Source: Malacoraja senta
Taxonomy: Eukaryota
NCBI GenBank assembly: GCA_038087875.1
Contig: CM075989.1
Coordinates: 23,562,001 to 23,626,000 of the forward strand
Length of the DNA stretch: 64,000 bases
Reading direction: 5' to 3'
The translations under genes were made by a program, and so were the position numbers. Of the stretch, positions 50,241 through 63,978 are shown piece after piece (the first letter of the stretch is position 1; the number at the start of each line of letters is the position of its first letter). Under the pieces are notes generated by a model. That model saw only the letters and a program-made list of their open reading frames with translations, ran no database searches and was not told the DNA's origin.

Positions 50241-51877
50241 GTACATCCTCTGTTGTGCCTTTTTGACTGATGGCAGCCCCCCACTTAAGGTCCTTGGAGA
50301 TGATGGTTCCAAGGAACTTAAATGACTCCACAGATGTGTCTGTGATGTTGTTGATGGTGATTGGGGGAGGGGAAGGGGAGCTCTCCTAAAGTCTACAATG
50401 AATTCCACTGTCTTAGGCGCATTGAGCTCCAGTTTGCTGCGATAGTCCAAGGGTTATCAAAGAGGTAGATAGGATCAGCACTGCTCTCTGGTTAATGGCT
50501 CAGTTGCCTGATAACAGCTGGGAAGAAACTCTCCCTGAATACTGGTGGTATGCGTTTTCACACCTTTTGCCTGATGGGATAGGAAGGAACTGCAGAGGCT
50601 AGTTTATACTAAAGATAGACAAATAATGCTGGGGTAACTCAGCAGATCAGGCAGCACCTCTGGAGAAAAGTGATAGGTGATGTTTTGGGTTGGAATCCTT
50701 CTTCAGACCTCTGCAGACTTCTTCAGGTCAAGATGCCCCATCTACATGCCCCACTTGCCTGCCTGTGTCCGATATCCCTCTAATACTTTTCTATCCATGT
50801 ACCTGTCCAAATCTCTATTAAATGCTCTGTCAGCTCATTCTATACACCCACCATCCTCTGTAAACAAGTTGCTGGTCAGGTCATTATTAAATATTTCCCC
50901 TCTCCCCTTAAAACTATGTCCAGGATTTAAGAGAGAGTTAGATCGAGCTCTAGGGGCGAGTGGAATCAAGAGATATGGGGAGAAGGCAGGCACGGGTTAG
51001 TGATTGGGGACGATCAGCCATGATCACAATGAATCACAGTGTTGGCTCGATGGGCCAAATGGCCTCCTCCTGCACCTATTTTTTATGCTTCTATGTCCTT
51101 TGGTTCTTTCCCCCTGCCCTGGGTAAAAGTGTGCATCTACCCAGTCTATTCTCCTCTTGATATTAGACATCTCTTTAAGGTCACCCCTCATCCTCTTGTG
51201 CTCCAAGGAACAAATTGCTCAGCCTCTTCCCATTAATCAGGCCCTCGAGTCCTGGCAACATCCTTGCGCATCTTCTCTGCACCCTTTTGTTTAAGAAGAA
51301 ACTGCAGATGCTGGAAAATCGAAGGTAGACAAAAGTGCTGGAGAAACTCAGCAGGTGCAGCAGCATCTATGGAGCGAAGGAAATAGGCAACGTTTCGGGC
51401 CGAAACGTTGCCTATTTCCTTCGCTCCATAGATGCTGCTGCACCCACTTTTGTCTACCTTCTCTGCACCCTTTTCGGCTAGACAACATCTTTCCTGTAAC
51501 AGGGTGACCATAACTGACCACAAGCCACATTCATCCCCTGCTGCTGTTCAAAATGTAGATACAACAACCTGGAGCATGAATACATGAGGCATCGCTCCAT
51601 AAATATCACAAAATCCATATTTGGACATTGCCTGTGGGATCTAATCAAACTGCCCTGGAAGAAATATTGAACATGTACACCCCACTCCCAGCCACAATAA
51701 CAATTTTTGAACATGACTCTTAAGGAATTTTCAGACTGACTGCACCATTTATTTGTTGGTTTTGTAGTCCAGGTCGATGGTCAGAACAGGGCCAAGTTAG
51801 AATAAATGTCCATTGTGTTAGTTTTGAAGAACATCTATGGCATGGTCCCTAATGCTTGTTAGTTTGAGAACATGGTG

Positions 51878-52160
51878 GGCGGCACGGTGGCGCAGCGGTA
51901 GAGTTGCTGCCTTACAGCGCCAGAGACCCGGGTTCAATCCCGACTACGGGTGCTGTCTGTACGGAGTTTGCACGTTCTCCCCGTGACCTGCGTGGATTTT
52001 CTCTGTGATCTTCGGTTTCATCCCACACTCCAAAGACGTACAGATATGTAGGTGAATTGGCTTGGTATAAATGTGGAGTTGTCCCTAATGTGTGTTAATG
52101 TGTAGGGATCGCTGGTCAGTGCAGACTCGGTGGGCTGAGGGCTATATCTCTAAACTAAAC
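51878..52160 (+). mobile_element. tRNA-derived SINE (HE1/V-SINE-like)
   Basis: Full-length consensus match. Confidence 0.85.
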
Positions 52161-52994
52161 ATCTATGGCATGGTCCTTAATCCTTGACATCATTTGGCCA
52201 CACGGTGCGATCAGTCTGTCTGGAGACTCCTTTGTATCCAGAAATCAGCTCGATTATTTTGTTCTAATTGAGTGATACAATTATTAGGGGGTGATTCTCT
52301 GTGGACAGCTGTAAGGAGTGGATGAGAAAGTGGTCTAACATAGAACTAATGGGAATGGGTGGGAAGAAACTGTCCCAAACAGGAGGTGTGCGTTTTCACA
52401 CTTCTGTACCTCCAGCCTGATGGGAGAGAGGAGAAGAGGGATTGACAACATCTTTCCGGTGAAACTGGTCCTTGATTATGCTGCTGGCCTTGCCAAGGCA
52501 GCATGAAGTGTAGATGGAGTCAATGGAAGAAAGGTTGGTTTGCCTGATGATCTGGGCTGCGTTCACAACTCAATTCCTGCAATTTGTTGAGGTCCTGGAT
52601 GGAGCTGTTCCCAAACCAGGCTGTTTCCAACAGGACTTGCAACACCTGAGAACCACTGTGTGCTTTAACTTGGTCATTTGTTGTATATTGTTCATTTCCC
52701 TCCACACCTTCAGTGGAAGTGAAAACCTACATATTTCTCCTTGAAAATCGCTACTAATGAACACTGGAGTGCAAATCCTGCAGATGTCGGTTTTACTGCC
52801 TCCAGGCAAGTTTAAATCATGATAATCACCAATTAGTCCCAAAAATTGCGGGCCAAAAAACAGATTTTGAAAGAGGCATATCTTATTAGCAAAGTACCAA
52901 CTTAACACATTTCTTCCCTTTCACCAGAAGAGCTCAATGATATCTAAAACCAGAAGGAGGAACAATTATAACCACCCAGTGACCCCAACCCATA

Positions 52995-53272
52995 GGTAGA
53001 GTTGCTGCCTCACAGCACCAGAGATCCGGGTTCGATCCTGACCACGGGTGCTGTCTGTACAGATTTTGTACGTTCTCCCTGTGACCGCGTGGGTTTTCTC
53101 CGGGTCCTCCCACACTCCAAAAATGTACAGATTTGTAAGTTAATTTTCTTTGGTTAAAAAGACATTGTAAACTGTCCCTAGTGTGTAGGATGGTGCCAGT
53201 GTTCGGGGGCCGCTGGTCGGCGTGGACTTGATGGGCTGAAGGGCCTGTTTCAGTACTGTATCACTAAACTAC
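52995..53272 (+). mobile_element. tRNA-derived SINE
   Basis: Consensus match; followed by a Rex1-type 3'UTR (53273-53462). Confidence 0.8.
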
Positions 53273-55546
53273 ACTCGGACTATCTTTGATCGGACTTTAC
53301 TGGCTTTATCTTGCACGAAATGTTATTCCCCTATCTTCCACCTGTACACTGTGAATGGCTTAATTGTAATTATACATAGTCTTTCCACTGACTGGTTAGC
53401 ACGCAACAAAAACTTTTCTCTGTTCCTCGGTACAAGTGACAATAAACTAAACTAAACTAAACCCACCTCCCATGCATGAAACGACCCGAAACGTCACCTA
53501 TTCCTTGCTCCATAGATGCTGCCTCACCCGCTGAGTTTCTCCAGCATTTTTGTCTACCTGCCATGCCTCACTATATGTTGTGATGCAGCATTCACATTGC
53601 TAAGTGTAGTTCCTCTATACAAGATTTTTTGACGATACAGCTTTTAAAAACTCTTTCTCTCCCCATCATTACACCTTCGCGTGTACATGTATCGACATCC
53701 ATTGGAAGGATGTAATTGAAAGGAACTTTGGTTTCTTTCTAACCCGATGGTGGTTTATTTTGCACTGGTTATGTAGCGGACCCACAAATTGATTTTTTTG
53801 AAGATGTCGCGAATTCATGTTCGCGTGAATTATTAAGCAGGGCCGCATAACATGAACATAAAGAACCGCGCGGTAATGATCTATCTGCCTGATGAATACT
53901 CTCGTGGCTTCATTAAGATTTGCTCCAAGGACTTTTTTCCTACCTTTTTGTACATTAAAGGAATTTTATTTCTTCTTAATATTTACTTTTCAGGGTTGTG
54001 CTGCCTCTTGTAATGAGTAGCTAATCCATCAACGCCATGTGTCCCAAATATTGTTTCTATTTCTCATGCTGTATTATTAAACATGTTTTAACAATTAATA
54101 AGGCACACTCAGTCTTTTGGATTACAACCTAATCACCGTGGAATAGAACATCTTTGAAATTGTTGGTCCAGAATTCCTAGTGATAACTATAAGATACCTG
54201 GTATAAATAATTTGTACTTGACTTTATTCAGACTTTTTTGGACTGGGGGCAGGCAGTCAATCTAAAGATAATGTCGAAAACGGAATTTTATACAAAACGA
54301 GAAGACAAAATACTCTGCAGTATTGCGTACGAAAGAATTGCAGATGTTGGTTTAAATCGAAGATAGACTCAAAATGCTGGAGTAACTCAGCGGGACAGGC
54401 AGCATGTCTGGAGAGAAGGAATGGGTGACGTTTCGGGTCAAAACCCTTCTTCAGATAGGTTGAGTTGTCTGAAGAAGGGCCTCGAACCGAAACATCACCC
54501 ATTTCTTCTGTCCAGAGATGCTGCCTGTCCCACTGAGTTACTCCAGCATTTTGTGTCTATCTTCGCTCTACACTTTTGTTTCTTGAAAGTACCTGTGTCT
54601 TTGCTTAATACAACTCAGTTCTCCAGATCAAATTGACCTTATACCTATATATTGTATATATTCCCTTGTCTCAATGTATTCCCCCAGAAGCAATAACCCA
54701 CATTTCTCCAGGTTTAATATAATTTCCCATTTTCTGCCCAACCAACAAGAAAGTCATCCTACCATAACTAGAGAGCAGCCCTGAACTACTATCTACCTCA
54801 TTTGGTGACCCTCGGACTCTCCTTGATCGGACCGAGGTACAGTGAAAAGCTTTTGTTGTGTGCTTTCCAGTCAGCAGAAAGACTATACATGATCACAATC
54901 GAGCCATTTACAGTGTGAAGATAGATATATGATAAGGGAATAGCGTTTAGTGCAAGGTAAAGGCAACAAAGTCCGATCAAAGATAGTCTGAGGATCACCA
55001 GTGAGGTAGATAGTAGTTCAGGACCGCTCTCTAGTTGTGGTAGGATGATGCAGTTGCCTGATAACAGCTGGGAAGAAACTGTCCCTGAATCGGGAGGTGT
55101 GCGTCTTCACACTTCTGTACCTTTTGATCAGCAGCAGCCCGGAATGTTCCTGAGCCGAGGAATCTGAATGTGACCCTGACCCTGATCTCCGTGAGCAAAC
55201 AGACTAGCAACACGCGTGAGGTTGCCCCGAGAACACAGGAGGTCACGGCTTCAGCAAGGACAAAGACATGAGTGTGCACCGTTTCAACGAGAGACTGGAT
55301 TTAAAAAGTCTGGTTGAAACTCACACCAGAGCTGACTTTGGCTGGTGGACAGCTGTTGATGTCACTTGGGGGGAATTTACACTGGAAGAAAGATTCTTAG
55401 GCAAGCAAGAACTCAGGAGCCGGGCTTCACGATGTGAAGAAATGTGTGAGATATTGTTTATTCCTGGTCGAGCTCATTTTCAACGGCACAGTACTTTATG
55501 GAGATGTGAAAGGTGTCTTGAGACAGGAGCGAAGAACACATGAGAG

Positions 55547-55852
55547 CGCGGTGGCGCAGAGGTAGAGTCTCTGCCGCACAGCGTCAGAGACCCGGGTTCC
55601 ATCCTGACTACGGTTGCTGTTTGTACAGCGTTTGTAGGTTCTCCCTGTGACTGCGTGGGTTTTCACCGGGTGCTCCGGTTTTCTCCCACTTTCCAAACAC
55701 GTGCAGGGTTGTAGATTAACAGGCATCTGTAAAAGCCCCTGGTGTGTAGGATGTGAAACTGGGATAACATAGAACTAGTGTGTGGGTGATCATTGGATGC
55801 CTTGACCTCGCTGGGCTAAAGAGAGTGTTTCCATGCTGTGTGTCTCTAAACT
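55547..55852 (+). mobile_element. tRNA-derived SINE (older subfamily)
   Basis: Diverged consensus match. Confidence 0.75.
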
Positions 55853-56309
55853 CTGAACAAAGTAGAAGTAAGCTGTTCCAAATGGAAACCAAAAGCTGTG
55901 TTTCATGTTATGAAGGGTATTTCATAAGGTCATAAGTGATAGGACTAGAATTGTAAATAGTCCCCAGTGTGTGTGTGTGTAGGAGAGTGTTAGTGTGCGG
56001 ATATCACTGGTCGACGTGGACTCAGTGGGCCGAAGGTCCTGTTTCCACACTGTATTTCTAAACTAAACTAAACTAAAAGGAAATACCACAGTCCATTGTA
56101 AAACAATATTTGTGATGATTCACTTAAGTTGTTGTTGCTAAATACAGACCTCTTTGGAGAAAGAATGTTAGCATGTGAGAATAATACCGCTAATCGTGCA
56201 GAACAAGAAGCAAAAGCTGCAGGAAATTTTTCAAGTTCAATAAAAAGAGGCTTTTGTATTTAGTTTGTGATTCAGGCAATCTTTTTTATAGATTTGCGGC
56301 ATGTAAATA

Positions 56310-56552
56310 GGCTCTTCAGCCCACCGGGTCCACGCTCACCAGCGATCCCCACATAGTTACACTATCCTACACACACTAAGGACAATGGACCTACAAACCT
56401 GTACGTCTTTGGAGTGTGGGAGGAAACTGGAGCTCCCTGGGAAAACCCACACAGGTCACGGGGAGAATGTACAAACTCCATACAGACAGCAGGATCGAAC
56501 CCGGGTCTCTGGAGCTGTAAGGCAGCAACTCTACCGCTGCGCCACCGTGCCG
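56310..56552 (-). mobile_element. tRNA-derived SINE
   Basis: Consensus match with internal deletion. Confidence 0.8.
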
Positions 56553-57924
56553 CGTACAAAGTAACAAGCAAAAAAAATGAAGAGGAAGAAAAAAGTTTAA
56601 ACAAATGTTATCAGCACCTTATCCAGGGAATTATGTAGCGGTTACGTTTATGAAATGCACGAGACAGAACGTGAGAGACTGTGCGTGTAAATCTGGGCAA
56701 AATGGGAATGTGTAGAAATGAAACGTGAATTCAAAGCCAACTTCAGACTCAACATGTGTGTGCGAGTGGAGCCAAGGCAATGGAGTATGGCATGATGTTT
56801 GAGTTCCAGACTATGCCGGACTTCAGCATAATGTCTGTATGTAATTTTGCAAAACTTACCAGGCAGAGGCAGTGCAATTTTCTAATAAGTATTTCTATAA
56901 TCAGAAGCAGATTTTGAGTTACATTACGTGAAACATAAACTTTTCCATTATATTCATACATACAAAAAAATGGAGACTTTGAAGTGGTTTTCAACAGGAG
57001 AAATGAACCCACCTGTGAATAAGTACCAGTTGTGGCCACGATTCCCCATGTTTTTTCTATATTATGCAAGTACAGGCCAAGTTGTGCTGCAAGACATAAA
57101 TAATTGATTCTTTATGAACATCAATTGCTCTTGTAACCAGGCCAATCTATGAAAGTTGCAACACACACTGCATTCATTCAGTCCCAACCTTTGACTCTCG
57201 ATCTTCATCCTTCAGATACTTTTGTGTCTTCACCGAACTAAAGAAAACTTTCACCTCACGAAAGGAGACCATTCGGCCCATCTTCGATATATACTACCAT
57301 CTGCAGTTCCTTCCTACCCATTCAGCCCATGTCTGCTCTTAACTACAATTTAGACCATTTCCATTGCACAGTCCATGTTATTGAACCTTTTTTTTTCAAA
57401 TATTGATTTATTTCCCTCTTGAAATTTTAGCAAGTCTGATTTGAAGCATGATCTCATCTTTGCAAGCCTCTGGGTAAATAAATAAAAACCCTGTGATACC
57501 TTTGTTCTTTTGGCGATGACATTCAATGTATTTTAAAGTTACTTTTCTCTTTCATTTGAATTTCTCTGCTTTGAACTGCTCGTCCCACCTCCTCAGCCTT
57601 GATTTTTATGTTTCTACAATCTCTTTTCATATTCAACGTTATATCAATTATATCAAGATATAATTTTTAATGTAACTTTTAAATAATTGTTCACTTTTTT
57701 TAAAGTAGTCCCAATCTGTCCATTGCTATCCTTATCTCAAGTTCAAACCACACAAAGTGCTGGAGGGACTCAATGGGTCAGGCAGCATCCGTAGAGGGAA
57801 CAGATAGGTGATGTTTCAGGTCGGGACCGTTCGTCAGACTCGTAGTCGAAGGGTCCTGCACAAAACATTACGTATCCATTCACTCCACAGAGGCTGCCTG
57901 ATCTGCTGAGTCCCTTTTGTTAAC

Positions 57925-58190
57925 CTAGCTGGCATTCTTCCAATTGCAGAAGTTTATTACTGATCCATTACTTATCTTTCTCCGTAACCAATTTAAAATA
58001 TGTGGAGTTATGGTCACTATCTCCAAAATGATTCCCCACTGACATTCCTTCCACTTGGCCAGCAACATTCCCCAAGATAAGGTCCAGTAATGCTCCACCC
58101 CTCTTTGGTCTTCCAACATATTGTGCAAGAGGCCCTCCTGCACACACCTCAACAATCCCTTCAAATCCCTTCATAACTCTATTGCTCCGA
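57925..58190 (-). mobile_element. CR1 AP-endonuclease C-terminal fragment
   Basis: QYVGRPKRGGALLDLILGN...VGNHFGDSDHN (LD..SDH motif of LINE APE). Confidence 0.8.
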
Positions 58191-58286
58191 GTCAGGGAAT
58201 AGTTTTCTTATACACCAAGAAAACATGGCCCTAGATTGTTGGATACAATAAAGCAAGTAAGAGAATAACATTATATGACATTTCAG

Positions 58287-58598
58287 GGTGGCACGGTGAC
58301 GCAGCGGTGGAGTTGCTGCCTCACAGCGCCAGAGACCCGGGTTCGATCCTGACTACGGGTGCTGTCTGTGCGGAGTTTGCACGTTCTCCCTGTGACCGCG
58401 TGGGTTTTCTCCGGGTGCTCCGGTTTCCTCCTACACTCCAAAGACGTGCAGGTTTGTAGGTTAATTGGCCTTGGTAAAATTGTAAATTGTCCCCTGTGTG
58501 TGTAGGATAGTGCTAGTGCACGGGGTGAACGCTGGTCGGCGTTGACTTGGGTGGGCTAAAGGTTCTGTTTCCGCGCTGTATCTCTGAAACTAAACTGA
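58287..58598 (+). mobile_element. tRNA-derived SINE (HE1/V-SINE-like), near-consensus
   Basis: Recognisable A/B boxes, central domain and tail. Confidence 0.88.
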
Positions 58599-58997
58599 AG
58601 TAAAAAATTGCAGCATTGGGGACCTGGCCGTGAGGGGTGGACTGTGGCTCTGTGAATGAGTGAACACTCTGCATTGATGATCAGAACTCGTCATTCCAAA
58701 AAACATGTCATGAGGGCTCAGTCTCACAGCGGCTCAGATTACAGCTGAGATTAGATCAAAGATTTGCTGGATATGTCTAAGGACGCATAGACATGCACTT
58801 CAGTCTTACTCTGCGACGAGCCAGAAATGTGCTTCCTTCTGGGCTGGGGTCCATTTCTCCGCTGGCTCTCTGGTTGGACTGTGAGAGAGACTTTCACTGC
58901 CTTGTTCCTCTGCGATTGCTCTGGATAATGGATTTCCTCTCTTCCTGTGAGGAAATCAGGCCCAGATTTCAGCTTCCCCATTTAGTTCTTCACCCTG

Positions 58998-59345
58998 TGT
59001 AGGAAGGAACTGCAGATGCTGGCTTACACCGCAGATAGACACAAAATAGAAACATAGAAAAGTAGGTGCAGGAGTAGGCCATTCGGCCCTTTGAGGCAGC
59101 ACCGCCATTTAATATGATCATGGATGATCATCTAAAATCAATACCCTGTTCCTGCTTTCTCCCCATATCCCTTGATTCCTTTTGCCCTAAGAGCCATATC
59201 TAATTCTCTGTTGAAAACATCCAGTGAATTGGCCTCCACTGCCTTCTGTGGCAGAAAATGCTGGAGTAACTCAGCGGGACAGGCAGCATCTCTGGATAGA
59301 AGGAATGGGCGATGTTTTTGGTTGAGACCCTTCTTCAGACATTCA
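58998..59345 (-). mobile_element. Penelope-like 3' repeat interrupted by a CR1 3' fragment (~59046-59255)
   Basis: ...GATAGACACAAAAT [CR1 tail] AAAATGCTGGAGTAAC... Confidence 0.75.
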
Positions 59346-60371
59346 GATTTAGAGGGCAGGGGGTGATCTGTGAGGAGTTGCATTCTTTGCTCTACAATAG
59401 AGGACAAATTTGCTGGCATTGATTGACTTCCACAGGTTAAGAAACTTAAAAAATAAATTAAAACCCCAAAATACTTGAAATATTCAGCAGGTCAAGTTGC
59501 AACTATAGAGAAGGGAGAGAGATATCCAGACTTAATAGATGGAACATGCAACAAATAAATGTTCATTCTGAAGAAGGGTCTCGACCCGAAACATCACCCA
59601 TTTCTTCTCTCCAGAGATGCTGCCTGTCCCACTGAGTTACTCCAGCATTTTGTGTCGATCTTAAATTCTTTTCCCCTCTTGTTTCCAGAGAGTCCTGCAT
59701 CTGTGACCCCTTCCAATGGGTGACCTCAGGTTTGCTTCTCTCTTCTCTGTCCACATTAACAACACAATGTAACTGCAAATTGTCCTTTGAGCCTTTTGAA
59801 CCCAGCACGATAATCACTGGAGATATATCAAAAGTAAAAAATGGAGCAGCAAACTGAAATAAGCAAAATATGTTGCCAAAAGTGAAAAGCAGGTAAGGCA
59901 GCATCTGTGGAGAAACAGTTAATGATTTAGAATTTGAATTCTTCATCCGATCTGTTCGGATGTGGTTTCTGGACTTGAAGCATTAATGGCTTTACCTTAC
60001 ACTAAACATTATTCCCTTATCATGAATCTCTACACTGTAAATGGCTCGAGTGTAATCATGTGTTGTCTTTCCTCTGACTGGTTAGCACGCATCAAAGCTT
60101 TTCACAGCACCTCGGTACACGTGACAATTAACTACACTGAGATACGGCCAGACTTGCTAAGGGTTTCAAGAGTTAGCAGGAGTTACTGAAACCAAACCAA
60201 CTATCAGACTGATCCTTCTCCTGCCTCCACATTCCATTTTTCCCCCCCACCAGCGTAATCAAGGACCAGTCCCACCCTGGCCACTCTCCCCTTCTTTCTT
60301 CAGACTGGCTAGCACGCAACAAAAGCTTGTCACTCAGTAGACGGCACAATAAATTAAAGTAAACTAAACAC

Positions 60372-60746
60372 TCACTCCCCGGAGCCAGAACTAAACATGG
60401 AGAAGCAGCGTTTAGTTTTTATGCACCACATATATGGAACAAACTTCCAGAAAAATGCAGGTCCGCTCCAACTCAGTTCTTTTAAATAGAGGCTGAAGAC
60501 ATTTCTGATTGATGTTGCCTTTAATTACTTTAAATTTTAATTAAATAAAATAATTATTCATTTCTAACACTGCACCGCAATTTTTATTCTTGTATTTTTT
60601 ACTTGTCTTATTCTATTTTAGCTTGTTTTTATTTTCTATTCTTTTAAATGAATGTTTTTAATTGTTTTTGATTGCTTTTTAATAATTTGTGTAAAGCACA
60701 ATTGCCTTGTTGCTGAAATGTGCTATATGAATAAACTTGCTTGCTT
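60372..60746 (+). mobile_element. L2 LINE 3' end
   Basis: RTKHGEAAFSFYAPHIWNKLPE...RLKTFL; 3' end GTAAAGCAC...TGCTATATGAATAAACTTGCTTGCTT. Confidence 0.8.
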
Positions 60747-61631
60747 ACTACAATCAGTCAGAAAAAGAGTCCCAAACCAAAATGTCACCTGTCCTTGTTC
60801 TCCAGAGATGCCGCCTGGCCTGCTGAGTTACTCCAACACTTGTTGTCTATCTTTGGTATAAAGCAGCATCTGCAGTTCCTTTTTACTACATTCAAGTAAT
60901 TGGAACGACATTTCACTTACCTGTTTCACTGCAGCTCCCACTGATCCATGTACAGACTATGGAGTCGGTGGCTCATTGACAGAGGACACTGACTGAATGT
61001 GTTACAGTGGTGGGCAGCGTATACTCTACTGCAGAGAGTCTGCATACCATGATGGACTGACACAAAAAGCTGGAGTAACTCAACGAGTCAGGCAGCATCT
61101 CTGGAGAAAAGGAATAGGTGACGTTTCGGGTCAAGACCATTCTTCAGACCTCAGAGTCTGAAAAAGGGACTGAACTCAAAACATCACCCATTCCTTCTCT
61201 CCAGAGATGCTGCCTGACCCGCTGAGTTACTCCAGCTTTTTGTGTCTATCTTCGGTTTAAACCAGCATCTGCAGTTGCTTCCTACAACATGCTGTGCTGA
61301 TAATCTTCCAGCAGAACAAGAGCAACGTCTGGACTGTGATGTTTCTGAAGCCTTAACCTCCATCTGGCTCTGAAGAGAGATGAGAAGCAGAGCCAAATCT
61401 GCAGGCAAGCAGTCAGATCGGGTCAAAGATGTCGAGTCAGCTTTGGATTAAACAAAGAGCAACAAGTTGATGAAACAATTACACACAGCTGTGGGTGTGC
61501 TGGCAAGTACAACACTCACTGGCCTCAACAATCTGCCCAAACAGAGCAGAGAGGATCAACCTTCTGAGCAGCCACAGTCCCTGTTAAGAACCTACTCCCT
61601 TGATGCTGCTAACTAATGGGAGCCAGCCCCC

Positions 61632-62090
61632 CTCGGCCAAACCGATCTCCCAGCTGCTAAACGCTTTAACTCCCCCTCCCATTCCCGCACTGACCTTTCT
61701 GTCCAGGGCCTCCTCCATTGTCAGAGTGAGGCCCAGCGTTAATTGGAGGAACAGCACCTCACATTTTGCTTGGGCAGCTTACACCCCATTGGTATGAACA
61801 TTGACTTCTCTAACTTCAAGTAACCCTTGCTTTCCCTCTCTCCCATCCCTGTCACAACAGTTTTTTGTTCTCACCTAGCAAACAGCTAACAATGGCCTGT
61901 TTCCTTTATCCGTTACTTTTCCACATATCTTTCATTCATTTGTTCTATATCTCTCTACATCACTGTCTATATCTCTTGTTTTCCTTTCCCGTGAATTTCA
62001 GTGTGAAGAAGAGTCTCGACCCGAAACGTCACCCGTTTCTTCTCTCCAGAGATGCTGCCTGTCCCGCTGAGTTACTCCAGCACTCTGTGT
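61632..62090 (+). mobile_element. Penelope-like element 3' end (GIY-YIG C-terminus, 3'UTR, degenerate hammerhead motif)
   Basis: LGQTDLPAAKRFNSPSHSRTDLSVQGLLHCQSEAQR*LEEQHLTFCLGSLHPIGMNIDFSNFK* then 3'UTR leading into GTGAAGAAGAGTCTCGACCCGAAACGTC. Confidence 0.8.
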
Positions 62091-63011
62091 AATACACATT
62101 GTCTTGCTCGTTAGGCACCTCATCACTTTCAGTAAGCCCGATGTTGCCCCAGCCCACCCCCTGCACTCCTCATTCAATCCATACTTGATAGTGAATTGAA
62201 TTAAATTGAATAAATTTATTAGCCAAATATGTACACATACAAGGAATTTGCCTTGGTGCTCCGCTCGCAAGGATAACAACACGATATACAGTAGACAATT
62301 AAAAATAAAACATTATCCAGGCAGCGGAAAGACAATGCATGATTACAATCGAGCCATTTACAGTGTACAGATACATGATAAGGGAATAATGTGTGGTGCT
62401 TGCTTGCTTGTTGACTGATTGCTGGCCAAGAGACTCACTGGTTTGTTGCCTGTAGACACAGTGTAAACCGCAATCTTCATCACAAACTTCTGACCAAAGG
62501 ATCAGATGAGACCCCCGAAAAAATATTTAAAGTGAGAAATGTTTCGATAGGAATCGAGGTTTAAGAGTGTGGGGCGATTTGTGGAGCTGCTTCTGTGGCC
62601 AGCACGCAAATAGTCGCCTGGGTTGGGCACCATCGTGGAAGCATAGTTTCAGCATCAATGGATCCTGTCTAAAACCGGGATCCTTAGCTAACCTTTCTCC
62701 TTAACTTAAAGACACTGAAGCCAAATGCAGTTATCCAAAGCCTTGCCGTTGCTAAAATCAGCCAAGATTATAGCATTCTGGCCTTTCATTAAACCATGAC
62801 GGATAACTGAGAAGGCAGCAAATACTTTATTTGAAAATTGTATCCATCATATATGGCACTCACCAATGATATGAATCCTATCACACACATTACTGCAGGA
62901 CTGCAATGGTTGAATTGAAATGGTATTCACCCAAATTCCTAGACTGAAAGAACTAAATAAACCAAAGTTCAAAGCGATTTTAAGAGCAGATTGAAAGTCC
63001 TATTGCATGTC

Positions 63012-63261
63012 GAATATTTTGGCTTGGAGTATTTTGGCCTGGAGTATTTTTGCCTGGAGTATTTTTGCCTGGAGTATTTTGGCCTGGAGTATTTTGGCCT
63101 GGAGTATTTTTGCCTGGAGCATTTTTGCCTGGAGCATTTTGGCCTGGAGCATTTTGGCCTGGAGTATTTTGGCCTGGAGTATTTTTGCCGGGAGTATTTT
63201 TGCCGGGAGTATTTTTACCTGGAGTATTTCGGCCTGGAGTGTTTTGGCCTGGAGTATTTTT
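63012..63261. repeat. 15-bp minisatellite (GAGTATTTT(G/T)GCCTG) x ~16.5
   Basis: Directly visible tandem array with no spacers. Confidence 0.97.
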
Positions 63262-63877
63262 CATACACAGACCAAATCAAGAGTTTAAATCACGATGCTA
63301 ATATTTTTGTGCAGATTACTTATTTGACCTGAATTGAGCGGGAGAATAAAAACAAAGAATTCTTTGTCACTGGACTAATTATGTACTAATATATCCATCT
63401 ATCTTTCCAGTCACAAGGTCTGCTAGTTGTATGGCACTTCTGTTAAAATGTTCATAGCTGCAGTAGGTAGACAGTTCACACGAACACAGGCCACAGTAAG
63501 AGGCTCCCAGCTGCCTCAATCAGCAATTCTTGCTGCACAGGTGGTTATAATTACAATCAGTTCTTGAAGCTACTTTAACGATTAATTTGGAGGCTTTCAT
63601 GCATTTCATTTCCACATTAATGCGATGTCATAGTTATGGAGTCATATAACACAGAAATAGGCCCCACAGCCCAATCCGCCCATGTCGACCAAGACGCCCC
63701 ATCTCAACGAGTCCCATTTACCTGCGTTTGGCTCATATCCCTCCAGAGCTTTGCTATCCATATACCAGTCTGAAGAAGGGTCTCGACCCGAAACATCACC
63801 CATTACTTCTCTCCAGAGATGCTGCCTGTCCCGCTGAGTTACTCCAGCTTTTTGTGTCTATCCAATTGTCTTTTAAA

Positions 63878-63978
63878 GTTTAGTTTAGAGATACAGCGCA
63901 AAAACAGGCCCATCGGCCCACCGAATCCGCGCCGACCAGCGATCCCTGCACACTAACACTATCCTACACACACTAGAG
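63878..63978 (-). mobile_element. SINE 3' fragment
   Basis: (GTTTA)n tail and 3' part of SINE consensus. Confidence 0.75.

Noticed and set aside
60915..61040. Minus-strand exon-like segment (ctctctgcag ... CAG|GTAAGT)
   Set aside because: All three frames contain stops; no homology recognised; at most a non-coding exon
62980..63332. Pentapeptide-repeat protein ORFs or CRISPR
   Set aside because: 15-bp minisatellite, open in several frames on both strands; no spacers, no splice context
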